Shown in pieces: positions 1 through 9,182 of a DNA stretch of 64,000 nucleotides. The notes under the pieces were generated by a model. The model saw only the letters and a list, made by a program, of their open reading frames with translations, did not search any database and was not told where the DNA came from. How positions within the stretch are numbered: the stretch's first letter is position 1; each line of letters starts with the position of its first letter. Origin of the DNA: Patescibacteria group bacterium (GTDB taxonomy: Bacteria > Patescibacteriota > Patescibacteriia > Patescibacteriales > UBA12465); contig JBMNFW010000001.1 of assembly GCA_050949525.1 (NCBI GenBank), positions 527,890 to 591,889 of the forward strand, read 5' to 3'. A program made the position numbers and the translations under genes.

Positions 1-379
1 TTAAGCGACCAGTATCACGATCACTTAATAGATCTTCATATTTTTTAATTGATTTCTTAACCACCGCAAAGTTAGTTAATAATCCACCAATCCATTTACC
101 AACAATATAAGGAGCTTTAAGTTCTTCAGCCATCTTCTTTAGAGGCTCCCTAACCTGCTTCTTAGTCCCGACAAAAAGAATGGTTTTATCCTCTTTTCTT
201 AATTTAACCATAAACTCTAAAGCTAACTTAAGTTGCTCTTGAGTTTTTTCTAGGTTAATAATATAGATACCATTTTTCTTAGTGAAAATAAAAGGTTCCA
301 TTTTAGGATGCCAACGATTAGTACGATGACCAAAGTGCATCCCAGCCTTCATCATCTCTTCTAATTTTGGAATTTGCAT
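1..379 (-). CDS. rpsB: 30S ribosomal protein S2, N-terminal part (gene runs off the left window edge)
   Basis: Not in the ORF track (no stop in window). Manual translation from ATG 379-377: MQIPKLEEMMKAGMHFGHRTNRWHPKMEPFIFTKKNGIYIINLEKT...FVGTKKQ. The HFGH.T.RW.PKM block is an S2 signature. Confidence 0.85.
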   Translation of the reverse strand, partial: MQIPKLEEMMKAGMHFGHRTNRWHPKMEPFIFTKKNGIYIINLEKTQEQLKLALEFMVKLRKEDKTILFVGTKKQVREPLKKMAEELKAPYIVGKWIGGLLTNFAVVKKSIKKYEDLLSDRDTGRL

Positions 380-466
380 AAATTCTTTCTTTTAACACCT
401 GTTTGTAAAATTTATATTTATGTAATATAAACAAGAAAATTTGAACAAACATGTTTTTTTATTAAT

Positions 467-499
467 AAAACAGCTTAAAATCCCTATTTAAGCTGTTTT
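467..499 (-). terminator. Hairpin terminator downstream of the 540..3734 gene
   Basis: Perfect 13-bp stem aaaacagcttaaa / tttaagctgtttt with a 7-nt loop, 40 nt after the stop codon; A/T runs on both sides. Confidence 0.6.
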
Positions 500-539
500 A
501 ATGATACCGAATTTAAAAATGAAAGTCAATACTAAACAT

Positions 540-3500
540 CTACTCTTTAATACATCGAATCGAATATCCATTAGGGCTATATTGTTTACCAGCAAGAGCC
601 ATATATTCACCAGCTCCGGTCCAATTGTTTTCATTAGCTAGAACATATCCTAAATCACTAGAGGTATCAGCAGAAAAAATAGTCCGTGTTCCAAGATCAG
701 TAAATCTTCCATCAGATTGTCTAACTCCAACTGGCAAAGCAGTAAATCCAAAATCATTAGTTCCAGTCCAAGGGATTATATCATTTGAAGAAGATTTTAA
801 TTTTTCTGCAATTTTCCAACAAGGAGTTGTGTGATTCCAAAAATCACAAGATGTTTCCCCGGATATTGTCTTAGCTAATTTAATCCAATCATTATCATTA
901 GGTATTTTCCAACCATTAGGACAAAGAGTAACTTGATCCACTGCTGAAACATTATATAGAACACCTAAAATTGGATAAGCCTGAAATGTAAAATTATTAT
1001 ATCCTATTTTATAATTCTTAGCGGCTAATAAATCATTTCCGTCATATCCAAGAACTCCGTAACTAGGTTTATTATCATTTGTTAAATTTGTATAGGTAGC
1101 ATTATCGTGAACAACTGGTAGATATCTTAAATTATCTTGAAACCAACATTGTTCTCCAATTTGAACTGTTTTGTAAATTTCCATATCTCTAGTATCTAGA
1201 ACTTTATCACCACAATCAAAAATTGGATCATCTTTAAAAAATTCAGTAGTTAGAACTATATTATCAGTAACATTATTTTCACCCAATCTAGTACTACTAG
1301 TATTATAATCAGACCACTTAGTAAAAGTATAATCAGAATTAGGAGTAGCAATGATTTCTTGATTATGTGATCCCCCAAAAGGAACTGTTATTACTATCTC
1401 ATCTTTTAGAGCTCCATCATCTAAACTAATCTTTCCACCATCACTACTTTTATAGGTGATAGTTTTAACATTATCTTCTATACAGCGAACTGAACCCTGT
1501 AACATTTTAGGCATTTTATGAAAGGACATTTCATTGATACCCATACAGGCAGCTACCCCTGGATTAAATAAGGCCAGAGTCCAAGCATTACTTGATGATT
1601 CACTGTCAATAGTCTTGGTATAGAAGCCAATTGCATGTCCTTGTAAATCAAAAGCTTCTGAAGTACCGGTCATTCCAGCTCTAAAACCAGCCGGAAGAGC
1701 CGAAAATCCCGAACTATTACTACTAGCATCCCAAGAAGTATCTTTCAAATCTTGGTGATTTTTACCTTTTATTAATTCTTCAAATTCTAGGATAGAAGGA
1801 AGATGCCAACCATCAGGACAAAGACCGCGACTATCCACTACTGCCGCAAAATTGTACAAAGCTCCATAATTATGACTTCGACTATTTTCTTCATCATTAT
1901 CATACCAACTATAGAGACCAGAGCTAGTGCTCATTATTTCATTTAAATCATTAGAGGTAGAGATAGGTGAACCATCATTGTATAAGGTAGTTCTCAGATT
2001 ATCCTGAAACCAACATTCATTATCTATTTCTACTGTTCGATATAATTCTCGATCTCGAGCATCAAAGAAAATATCACCACATACTTCATATTTTTTTACA
2101 AATTCAGCTGTGATAGTTATATTATCATCAATATTATCCAATCTATTACTACTAGTATTAAAATCAGACCATTTAACAAAATGATAGTTATCATTAGGGA
2201 TAGCAGTAATTTCATAAGGAGATATTTCTCCAAATGGAGCTGTAACTACTATTTCATCTTTTAAAATCTCATCACCTAAATGAATCTTTCCACCATCACT
2301 ACTTTTGTAGGTGATGGTTTTAGGACTATCCTGTAAACATCTAACTGGTATTTGAACTAGTTTATGAATCGCCTCTATAAAAAGTTCATCATCAGGTATT
2401 TCTGCACTAACCAAATCTTTAGTTAAAAGCATACCATAATTTCTATCTGAAAAATTATTTAAAGTAGTTCTTGTCCAGAAACTTGTCATAAATCCCTGAG
2501 AATCAAAAATATCCATTCTAATGCCAGTCGGAAGGGCTGAAAAACCAGTAGAATTATTACCATCACTCCAAGAGGTATCTCTGAAATCTTGAGAAATCCG
2601 ACCATCCATTAAATTTAAAAAATCCTGCTTAGACGGTAAATGCCAGCCATCAGGACAAGCATTTACTGCTGCTCCCCAATTATATAAAGCACCATAATTA
2701 TTATTCCGACTATTAGCCTCGTCATTATTATACCAACTGTATAAACCATAATCACTATTAGGATCAAATGTACTAAGAACATCATATACATCATAATCAA
2801 CTGGTGTAATAGGAATAGGTGAACCATCATTGTATAAGGTAGTTCTCAAATTATCTTGAAACCAACATTCATCATCAATTTTAACTGTACGATAGATTTC
2901 ACCATCTCTCTCATCAATGAAGTCATCACCACAGATCCATTCTTTAACTGATGATCCAGAAGAACTAATTGGTAATAATGGTAAAGGTAAAGCACTTTCT
3001 TCAGTTTGATCGTTTCTTGTACTAGTAATAGTGATAGTATTACCATAGATGATTTGATTATCAGAGGTAATGAGATAGGCTCGGAAGAAGGGATAAGTAC
3101 CAGGAACTAGATTTTGAATATTAAGAGTATAACTATTATTAGTATTAACAGTATCATCTATTACTTTATCTTCATAATCATCTAAACTAGGAACTAGTTT
3201 AATATCAGGTAATACAGAATAATCATAGATAATACCTCGTTCTTTAATACTAATATTATCAGGATTGATAATATTAGTAGTAATAGGGATAATATGAGAG
3301 AAATCTTTTAATTCTTCAATCTTCTGAGTTTCTAAGATAATATTATTAATATCATCATTATTATTATCTAATAATGTATCTTCTAAACCTAATTCTCTTA
3401 ATATATCTAGAGCTTCATGAGGACGACCTAAATAGATAGCTTCTAAAGTATCAGGATGGATGTAATAGGCTCGGCCATCTTCTTCGACTGATATTAATAT

Positions 3501-3734
3501 GACTCCAGCTAATCTTTCTGGGAACTTAGTAGCTAGAAATCTATCGAGATCAGCTTTAGATATACCTAGACCTAGTTTTTGCATAATATCGAAGGCTTCT
3601 CTAGGACTAGACAGAGACTTTCTTTCAGCAGGACTTAATACTCGACCAGGAGAGAAAGAAATATTAGCTAGAGAGAAAGTAATGGAAGCCAGGAATAATA
3701 GTCCGAGGCTTAGTATTAGAATTCGTTTTTTCAT
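540..3734 (-). CDS. Secreted multi-module lectin-like protein with three Fibrobacter-succinogenes-major-paralogous (TIGR02145-like) domains
   Basis: 1064-aa ORF with signal peptide MKKRILILSLGLLFLASITFSLA. Three modules, each a Listeria/Bacteroides-type repeat (TITYKSSDGGKI...Y.F.KWSD) followed by D.RD..Y.TV.I...CWF.DNL ... GALYN ... CPDGWHLPS ... GFSALP.G.R ... VRC. Confidence 0.8.
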   Translation of the reverse strand: MKKRILILSLGLLFLASITFSLANISFSPGRVLSPAERKSLSSPREAFDIMQKLGLGISKADLDRFLATKFPERLAGVILISVEEDGRAYYIHPDTLEAIYLGRPHEALDILRELGLEDTLLDNNNDDINNIILETQKIEELKDFSHIIPITTNIINPDNISIKERGIIYDYSVLPDIKLVPSLDDYEDKVIDDTVNTNNSYTLNIQNLVPGTYPFFRAYLITSDNQIIYGNTITITSTRNDQTEESALPLPLLPISSSGSSVKEWICGDDFIDERDGEIYRTVKIDDECWFQDNLRTTLYNDGSPIPITPVDYDVYDVLSTFDPNSDYGLYSWYNNDEANSRNNNYGALYNWGAAVNACPDGWHLPSKQDFLNLMDGRISQDFRDTSWSDGNNSTGFSALPTGIRMDIFDSQGFMTSFWTRTTLNNFSDRNYGMLLTKDLVSAEIPDDELFIEAIHKLVQIPVRCLQDSPKTITYKSSDGGKIHLGDEILKDEIVVTAPFGEISPYEITAIPNDNYHFVKWSDFNTSSNRLDNIDDNITITAEFVKKYEVCGDIFFDARDRELYRTVEIDNECWFQDNLRTTLYNDGSPISTSNDLNEIMSTSSGLYSWYDNDEENSRSHNYGALYNFAAVVDSRGLCPDGWHLPSILEFEELIKGKNHQDLKDTSWDASSNSSGFSALPAGFRAGMTGTSEAFDLQGHAIGFYTKTIDSESSSNAWTLALFNPGVAACMGINEMSFHKMPKMLQGSVRCIEDNVKTITYKSSDGGKISLDDGALKDEIVITVPFGGSHNQEIIATPNSDYTFTKWSDYNTSSTRLGENNVTDNIVLTTEFFKDDPIFDCGDKVLDTRDMEIYKTVQIGEQCWFQDNLRYLPVVHDNATYTNLTNDNKPSYGVLGYDGNDLLAAKNYKIGYNNFTFQAYPILGVLYNVSAVDQVTLCPNGWKIPNDNDWIKLAKTISGETSCDFWNHTTPCWKIAEKLKSSSNDIIPWTGTNDFGFTALPVGVRQSDGRFTDLGTRTIFSADTSSDLGYVLANENNWTGAGEYMALAGKQYSPNGYSIRCIKE
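2901..3713. repeat. Copy A of an 813-bp near-identical direct repeat (partner 21511..22323)
   Basis: Base-by-base comparison at constant offset 18610. I see only 5 mismatches (2991, 3579, 3585, 3634, 3690), all transitions. Confidence 0.9.
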
Positions 3735-3770
3735 ATGGTTTATGATTAATTGTATTATATGTATATTATA

Positions 3771-4733
3771 CTACTTTTGTGGGAAAAGATAAAGTAAAAT
3801 ATCTTCCATTTCATCATAAGTAGAGGCTAACATTAATTTAGATCTCAATTCAGCGGCTCCAGGAAAATCTTTAAAATACCAAACTAAATGCCCTTTAAAT
3901 TCATTAACACTAATATCACCATATTTCCCCTGTCGCTCTTTTAAATGCTTTAAAGCCACTTTAAATGATAACTCTTTCTCTTCTAAAGGAGAAAGATTAA
4001 TATATTGATCGGAAAAAACCCAAGGTCTTCCCAAAGCCCCTCGCCCAATACCAACCCCATCCACTCCTGTTTCTTTTTTTAAATCCTGAGCCTCATCTAA
4101 GCTCTTTACCCCACCATTAGCAAGAATAATTCCAGAAAAATATTTACGACTTTGCTTGATTACCTCAACATCAATCGGTCCAGAAAACAATTGATTCAAA
4201 GTCCGACCATGTATCATTAAAGCTGAAACTGGTAAATCAATAATATTTTTTAAAAAATCAATTAATGTTACTGAAAAAGCTTCGGTTCTCACTTTAATAG
4301 ACAAGGGTAAAGAAGTATTATCTAAAACCCGCTGAATAATCTCTCGACTTAATTTTAAATTAGACATTAATTTAGATCCAGCTCCTTGTTTTAAAACTTT
4401 TTTAACTGGACAACCAAAATTAATATCAATTCCATCAGGCCTTAACTCTTTCTCAATAAATTTAACGGCTGAAACAAAATGCTCTGGATTTGAACCAAAA
4501 AGTTGTACAATATAGGGGCGCTCTTTTTCTTGAAACTCTAATAGTTTTAAAGTTTTTTGAGAATCATAATGTAAGCCTGAAACCGACGCCATTTCACTAT
4601 AGACTAAATCAGCTCCAAAATCTTTACACACAGAACGAAAAACTGAGTCCGTAAACCCAGCTAAAGGAGCTAAAGCTAAAATAGCTGTATCTCCTTTCTC
4701 CTGTTTTAATTGCTGCCAAAAATTTAAAGCCAT
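3771..4733 (-). CDS. dus: tRNA-dihydrouridine synthase
   Basis: 320 aa. LAPLAGFTDSVFRSVCKDFGADLVYSEMASV and DINFGCPVKKV are Dus-family TIM-barrel motifs. Confidence 0.8.
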   Translation of the reverse strand: MALNFWQQLKQEKGDTAILALAPLAGFTDSVFRSVCKDFGADLVYSEMASVSGLHYDSQKTLKLLEFQEKERPYIVQLFGSNPEHFVSAVKFIEKELRPDGIDINFGCPVKKVLKQGAGSKLMSNLKLSREIIQRVLDNTSLPLSIKVRTEAFSVTLIDFLKNIIDLPVSALMIHGRTLNQLFSGPIDVEVIKQSRKYFSGIILANGGVKSLDEAQDLKKETGVDGVGIGRGALGRPWVFSDQYINLSPLEEKELSFKVALKHLKERQGKYGDISVNEFKGHLVWYFKDFPGAAELRSKLMLASTYDEMEDILLYLFPQK

Positions 4734-6145
4734 TATTTCTTAATTAAATCTATTACTCCATCTGGACCATCATTAATTTCATAACCTAAAGCTAATAATT
4801 CTTGTCGCAAACGATCAGCCTCTAAAAAGTCTTTTTTTTCTCGAGCCACCCTTCTCTCCTCAACTATTTTTTTTACCTCATCTGGATAAGAGTCTTGAGT
4901 GGTTAAAATTGAAGCTAAATTCAAACCCCATACTTGATCAAAATCTAAAATAGTAGCTAATTTATCTTCGGAAGAAATATCTGATTTTAGAATCTCAGAA
5001 ATTAAAGCTAAGGTTCGACTAACATTAAAATCATCTAATAAATATTCTAAAAATTGATTTTTAAACTCTTCATTAAGTTGCCCTAAATTTGAACCTAATT
5101 TTTTAAGTTTAGATTCTAAACCACTCAAGGCCTTCTGAGATGCTTTAAGAGCCTCAAAGGTAAAGTTCTGCTGAGAACGATAATGAGCTTGAAGATAAAA
5201 ATATCGTAAAGCCCGAGGAGAGAATCCCTTATCTTCTAAATCTTTAAGAGTATAAGCTGTGCCGCTAGATTTAGACATCTTACCATTATTAATCAATAAA
5301 TGTTCATTATGAATCCAATAATTAGCTAATTTAACTCCATTAGCGGCCTCACTCTGAGCAATTTCATTACTATGATGAACACTAACATGTTCTATTCCCC
5401 CCATATGAATATCAATAGTATCCCCAAGACTCTTCTTAATCATAGCAGAGCATTCTAAATGCCAACCAGGAAAACCCTCTCCATTAGATACTAGAGGAGA
5501 ATTAAAGGGTGAAGGCCAAGTTTGTAAAGCGTGACGATGAACCCCCGCTTTAAAAAACCAAATAGCAAAGTCCTGAGGATCTCGTTTTTGCTCATCACTA
5601 ACCAGTCCCCGCCCAGCTCCAGCTAAATTTTTTTCAATTTTACGACCCGATAATTCATTATATCTTTCAAATTTTTTAACTTCAAAATATATAGCTAAAT
5701 CAGTAACGTAAGCATAACCTTTAGCAATTAAAAGTTGAACCATTTCAATCATCTCGGGAATATTTTCTGTAGCCCGAAGCTTAAAGCTAGGCTCTAAGAT
5801 ATTAATTTTAGCGACATCTTCTTCAAAAATCTTAATAAACTTATTAGCTACTTCTTCCGGACTAATATTTTCCGCCTGAGAAGTTTTAGTCATCTTATCC
5901 ATTCCCTCATCTTGATCAGAAACTAAATGCCCCACATCAGTATAATTTCTAGTCATTGACACCTCATAATTAAGATATTTAAAAGTACGATGAACAATAT
6001 CAGCACAATAACTTCCTCGTAAATTTCCAATATGCTGTGACCAATACACTGTCGGACCACAGTAATAAAAAGAAAGATGACCAGCTTTAATAGGCTTAAA
6101 TTCTTCTTTCCTTCGACCTAAAGTATTATAAATTAAAATTTTCAT
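4733..6145 (-). CDS. cysS: Cysteine--tRNA ligase
   Basis: 470 aa. YYCGPTVY..HIGN (HIGH motif), GWHLECSAM and KMSKS are present. 1-nt overlap with the dus start and 4-nt overlap with the tgt stop. Confidence 0.92.
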   Translation of the reverse strand: MKILIYNTLGRRKEEFKPIKAGHLSFYYCGPTVYWSQHIGNLRGSYCADIVHRTFKYLNYEVSMTRNYTDVGHLVSDQDEGMDKMTKTSQAENISPEEVANKFIKIFEEDVAKINILEPSFKLRATENIPEMIEMVQLLIAKGYAYVTDLAIYFEVKKFERYNELSGRKIEKNLAGAGRGLVSDEQKRDPQDFAIWFFKAGVHRHALQTWPSPFNSPLVSNGEGFPGWHLECSAMIKKSLGDTIDIHMGGIEHVSVHHSNEIAQSEAANGVKLANYWIHNEHLLINNGKMSKSSGTAYTLKDLEDKGFSPRALRYFYLQAHYRSQQNFTFEALKASQKALSGLESKLKKLGSNLGQLNEEFKNQFLEYLLDDFNVSRTLALISEILKSDISSEDKLATILDFDQVWGLNLASILTTQDSYPDEVKKIVEERRVAREKKDFLEADRLRQELLALGYEINDGPDGVIDLIKK

Positions 6146-7239
6146 ATTTTTCTCATTAAACTAGCATAAAACTCTAAGTTATTCAAGCTAGCCCACTTAA
6201 AAGCTAGGCCTTCATTAAGCTTAAAAAGATGATGTAAATAAGCTAAGGAATGTTCTTGTAATTCCTTAAATTGAGACTGAGAATTAATGGGTTTAAAACT
6301 CTCTCGATACTTAGCTTGTTTAATATTTAAAGTATTATAAAAATTAATTGATTTAATTTCAGTCTTATCTTTAAATTGATATAATCGCCCATGACGCCCT
6401 TCTCGACTAGGAATAACACAATCAAAAGCATTCCAGCCCATTTGATAACAACGATAAATATCAGCCGGACTACCAATACCTAAAGCAAATTTAATCCGAT
6501 CATCGGGAATAATCTGAGCAGTAAAAGAAAGTATTTTATCTAAAAACTTACCAGCCTCATCAACTGGACGTCCCCCAAAACCATAAACAGTAAAAATAAC
6601 TTTTTCTCCTAAAAATTTTTCATTCTCTATTTCCATTAAAGCCTCTAGGCATTTTTTTCGCAAATCAATACTTAATCCTCCTTGAACTACCGCCACCAAA
6701 TGAGGTCGGTGACCTTCAATCATTTTTCTTTTCTTAATTTGTCTAATATATTCTTGACGACTCCGTCGAGCCCAACGAATAGTTCTCTCCACTGACTGCT
6801 CCATATCAGATAATGATAACTCATGTGGCGGACAATCATCTAAGCAAACAATAAAATCAGTTCCTAAATCAAATTGAATTTGAATTGATTTCTCAGGACT
6901 AATTTCTTGCCGTGACCCATCCAAAGGTGATTTAAAAATAGCGCCCTCTTCTGTAATTCTACCTAAGGATTTATTTTGATGAATAAGGGAAAATATTTGA
7001 AATCCACCACTATCCGAAAGGAGAGGTCCTGACCAATTCATAAATTGATGAATACCACCTGCCTTTTTTATAACTCTAAGCCCTGGCTGTAAAAAAAGAT
7101 GAAAAGTATTAACTACCAAAGCCGAGATCCCAGCTTTTTTTAATTCAGCTTGACTACAAGTTTTTATAAAACCCCGAGTAGCATCAGGCATAAAAAGAGG
7201 TAGTCGAATATTACCGTGTAGAGTTTCTTTAAATTTCAT
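6142..7239 (-). CDS. tgt: Queuine/guanine tRNA-ribosyltransferase homolog lacking the canonical zinc ligands
   Basis: 365 aa. LFMPDATRG, SDSGGFQ, CLDDC, VQGG and AFDCVIPSREGRHG match TGT blocks. The C.C..C...H zinc site reads S.F..L...N here. Confidence 0.75.
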   Translation of the reverse strand: MKFKETLHGNIRLPLFMPDATRGFIKTCSQAELKKAGISALVVNTFHLFLQPGLRVIKKAGGIHQFMNWSGPLLSDSGGFQIFSLIHQNKSLGRITEEGAIFKSPLDGSRQEISPEKSIQIQFDLGTDFIVCLDDCPPHELSLSDMEQSVERTIRWARRSRQEYIRQIKKRKMIEGHRPHLVAVVQGGLSIDLRKKCLEALMEIENEKFLGEKVIFTVYGFGGRPVDEAGKFLDKILSFTAQIIPDDRIKFALGIGSPADIYRCYQMGWNAFDCVIPSREGRHGRLYQFKDKTEIKSINFYNTLNIKQAKYRESFKPINSQSQFKELQEHSLAYLHHLFKLNEGLAFKWASLNNLEFYASLMRKI

Positions 7240-7242
7240 AAA

Positions 7243-9165
7243 TTAATTAACTCGACCATCACTACTAAGATTAGCAATGGCATCATCTTCTAAACGAGTA
7301 GTTTTAGCTTCAGTTCTTTTTTTAATAATATCCCGAGTTTCAACATCTAAAGCCTCTAAATTAGAACCGGAAGATAATATCATAATCTTATTATAATCAC
7401 CCTCATTAGGAATAACAGAAACTGAAAAATCAACGTTAACTTCATTAACCCCTAAAGGCCAGCGACTAAGATTCCAAGATACTCGATTATTTAAAGGATC
7501 AAAATTTAAATTACCGGCACTTAGATTATAATTATCATCCCAAATAACATAAGAGGGTAAATCTAAAGTTAAATTTAAATCCTGTAATTCATGTAAAGTA
7601 TTTTTTAATTTCCAATAATAGCGAAAAGAGCTTTGCTCCCCCACCACTGGTGGTAAAGGGCCAGAGCCAACTGGAATATTATCTTCATCAAAATAGAAAA
7701 CTTTTTCCTCAATTTCTAGATCACTATTAATTTTATTAACTAGAATATTACTCTTATTATCACTTAAATTTTCAGTCCCATCTTTTAACTCCTCAATATT
7801 ACCGATACTAAACTGAGCATAACTTTTTACCTCCAAGCTTTGCTCCGATCTTAACTTTTTAAAATCTCCTAAAGCTAAAGAAAATTTAATTTCCCCTCCT
7901 TCCCCAGGAGCTAATTCTTTTAATTGAGATATTTCTTGAGAGGTCCAGGTAATAGTTTTTCGACTCAAACGCCCTTTATTACTATCACTTAATTTACTCC
8001 AATCAATAAAATCATTATCAATAACAGCCATAATGACTAAATCTTTCATATCACGATCCCCCTTATTAGAATACTTGATGGTATAATCTAAATCTTGCCC
8101 AAAACTAACCGGAAAATCATTAGACTTATCATTAATAATTAAACTTAAATGCAAATCACTTTTTATCACTTCTAAATCCACCTCTCTCTCTAAAAAAGTA
8201 AGAGAATGATCCTCCGAATCTAAATATTTTAAAGACCACTTAAAGTCATCGGAACCCTCTTCTTTCTGGCTAATACGATATTTAAAATCAAACTCTACTT
8301 TGTCCAACACACTTAACCCCTCTTCTTTAAATTCGATTTTAAAATCATAATCACCAATTTTTTCAATAGTAAAAACATTATTTTCTTCTTCCTTCTCTAC
8401 TAACTTAATGGAAAAAATATTTTCCGGTCCTTGAAAAGATAAAACTAAAGGATTTAAATTATTCGCCGGAAAATTTCTTAAACTTAAACTTAAAGGATAT
8501 TCTTCTCCTACTAAAACGGTGGAAAAATAATCTTCTTGAACCTGAAAAGGAAGCGACTGAATCATAATTGAATTAAAATATTCTCGACCAAAACTAGATG
8601 ATAAACCACTGATTTTATAACTAGTCTTTAAAGATAATAAATTATTAATCCTCTCTTGATTAATTATTTTACCACGAATCTTGATTTTACCACCTAATTT
8701 AGCTCCTAGATTTTCTATCACCCAAGATTTATTATCCTCGGTTTTATCAATAGAATAAACTTCTAACAAAACAAAGTTTTCTGGATACTCAATATTCAAC
8801 TCCACCATCTCTAATTTATAATTACTGGAATTAAAATAATCAATTTCATAGAAAAATTCTTCCCCTAAAGAAATTTTAGCCGGAGCATTAATACTAATAT
8901 CTAAAACTGAATTACTATCAGGTTCAGTTTTAAAAAAACTAATAGCCCAATAAATTAAAGCTATTAATACCGCTAAAAAAAATAATCGCAATAACCAAGA
9001 CAAAATAGGATGACGACGTTTCTTTATTTTTATCGTCTTAAAATCTGGTAACTCACCATTTTGACTATACATTTCTAATAACTCTTCTTCAACTATATTT
9101 TTTTTAGTTTTTTTTCGACCAATATCCGCTTTAATTTTGTGTTTAGTAAAAATTTCTTGACTCAT
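7243..9165 (-). CDS. Membrane-anchored envelope protein, function unknown
   Basis: 640 aa. Basic N-terminus, one TM helix (ILSWLLRLFFLAVLIALIYWAISFF), then a long beta-rich region with DUF11/CARDB-like repeat character. No catalytic motif recognised. Confidence 0.6.
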   Translation of the reverse strand: MSQEIFTKHKIKADIGRKKTKKNIVEEELLEMYSQNGELPDFKTIKIKKRRHPILSWLLRLFFLAVLIALIYWAISFFKTEPDSNSVLDISINAPAKISLGEEFFYEIDYFNSSNYKLEMVELNIEYPENFVLLEVYSIDKTEDNKSWVIENLGAKLGGKIKIRGKIINQERINNLLSLKTSYKISGLSSSFGREYFNSIMIQSLPFQVQEDYFSTVLVGEEYPLSLSLRNFPANNLNPLVLSFQGPENIFSIKLVEKEEENNVFTIEKIGDYDFKIEFKEEGLSVLDKVEFDFKYRISQKEEGSDDFKWSLKYLDSEDHSLTFLEREVDLEVIKSDLHLSLIINDKSNDFPVSFGQDLDYTIKYSNKGDRDMKDLVIMAVIDNDFIDWSKLSDSNKGRLSRKTITWTSQEISQLKELAPGEGGEIKFSLALGDFKKLRSEQSLEVKSYAQFSIGNIEELKDGTENLSDNKSNILVNKINSDLEIEEKVFYFDEDNIPVGSGPLPPVVGEQSSFRYYWKLKNTLHELQDLNLTLDLPSYVIWDDNYNLSAGNLNFDPLNNRVSWNLSRWPLGVNEVNVDFSVSVIPNEGDYNKIMILSSGSNLEALDVETRDIIKKRTEAKTTRLEDDAIANLSSDGRVN

Positions 9166-9182
9166 ATATTTAAATTAAATAT

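Noticed and set aside
625-3792. Plus-strand and alternative-frame track ORFs inside the first lectin-like gene (625..834, 2846..3046, 3499..3792), and the equivalent 22109..22435 in the paralog
   Set aside because: They lie entirely within or antisense to a long motif-supported minus-strand CDS, have low-complexity translations and no start context. 3499..3792 and 22109..22435 are simply the same antisense frame of the 813-bp repeat.
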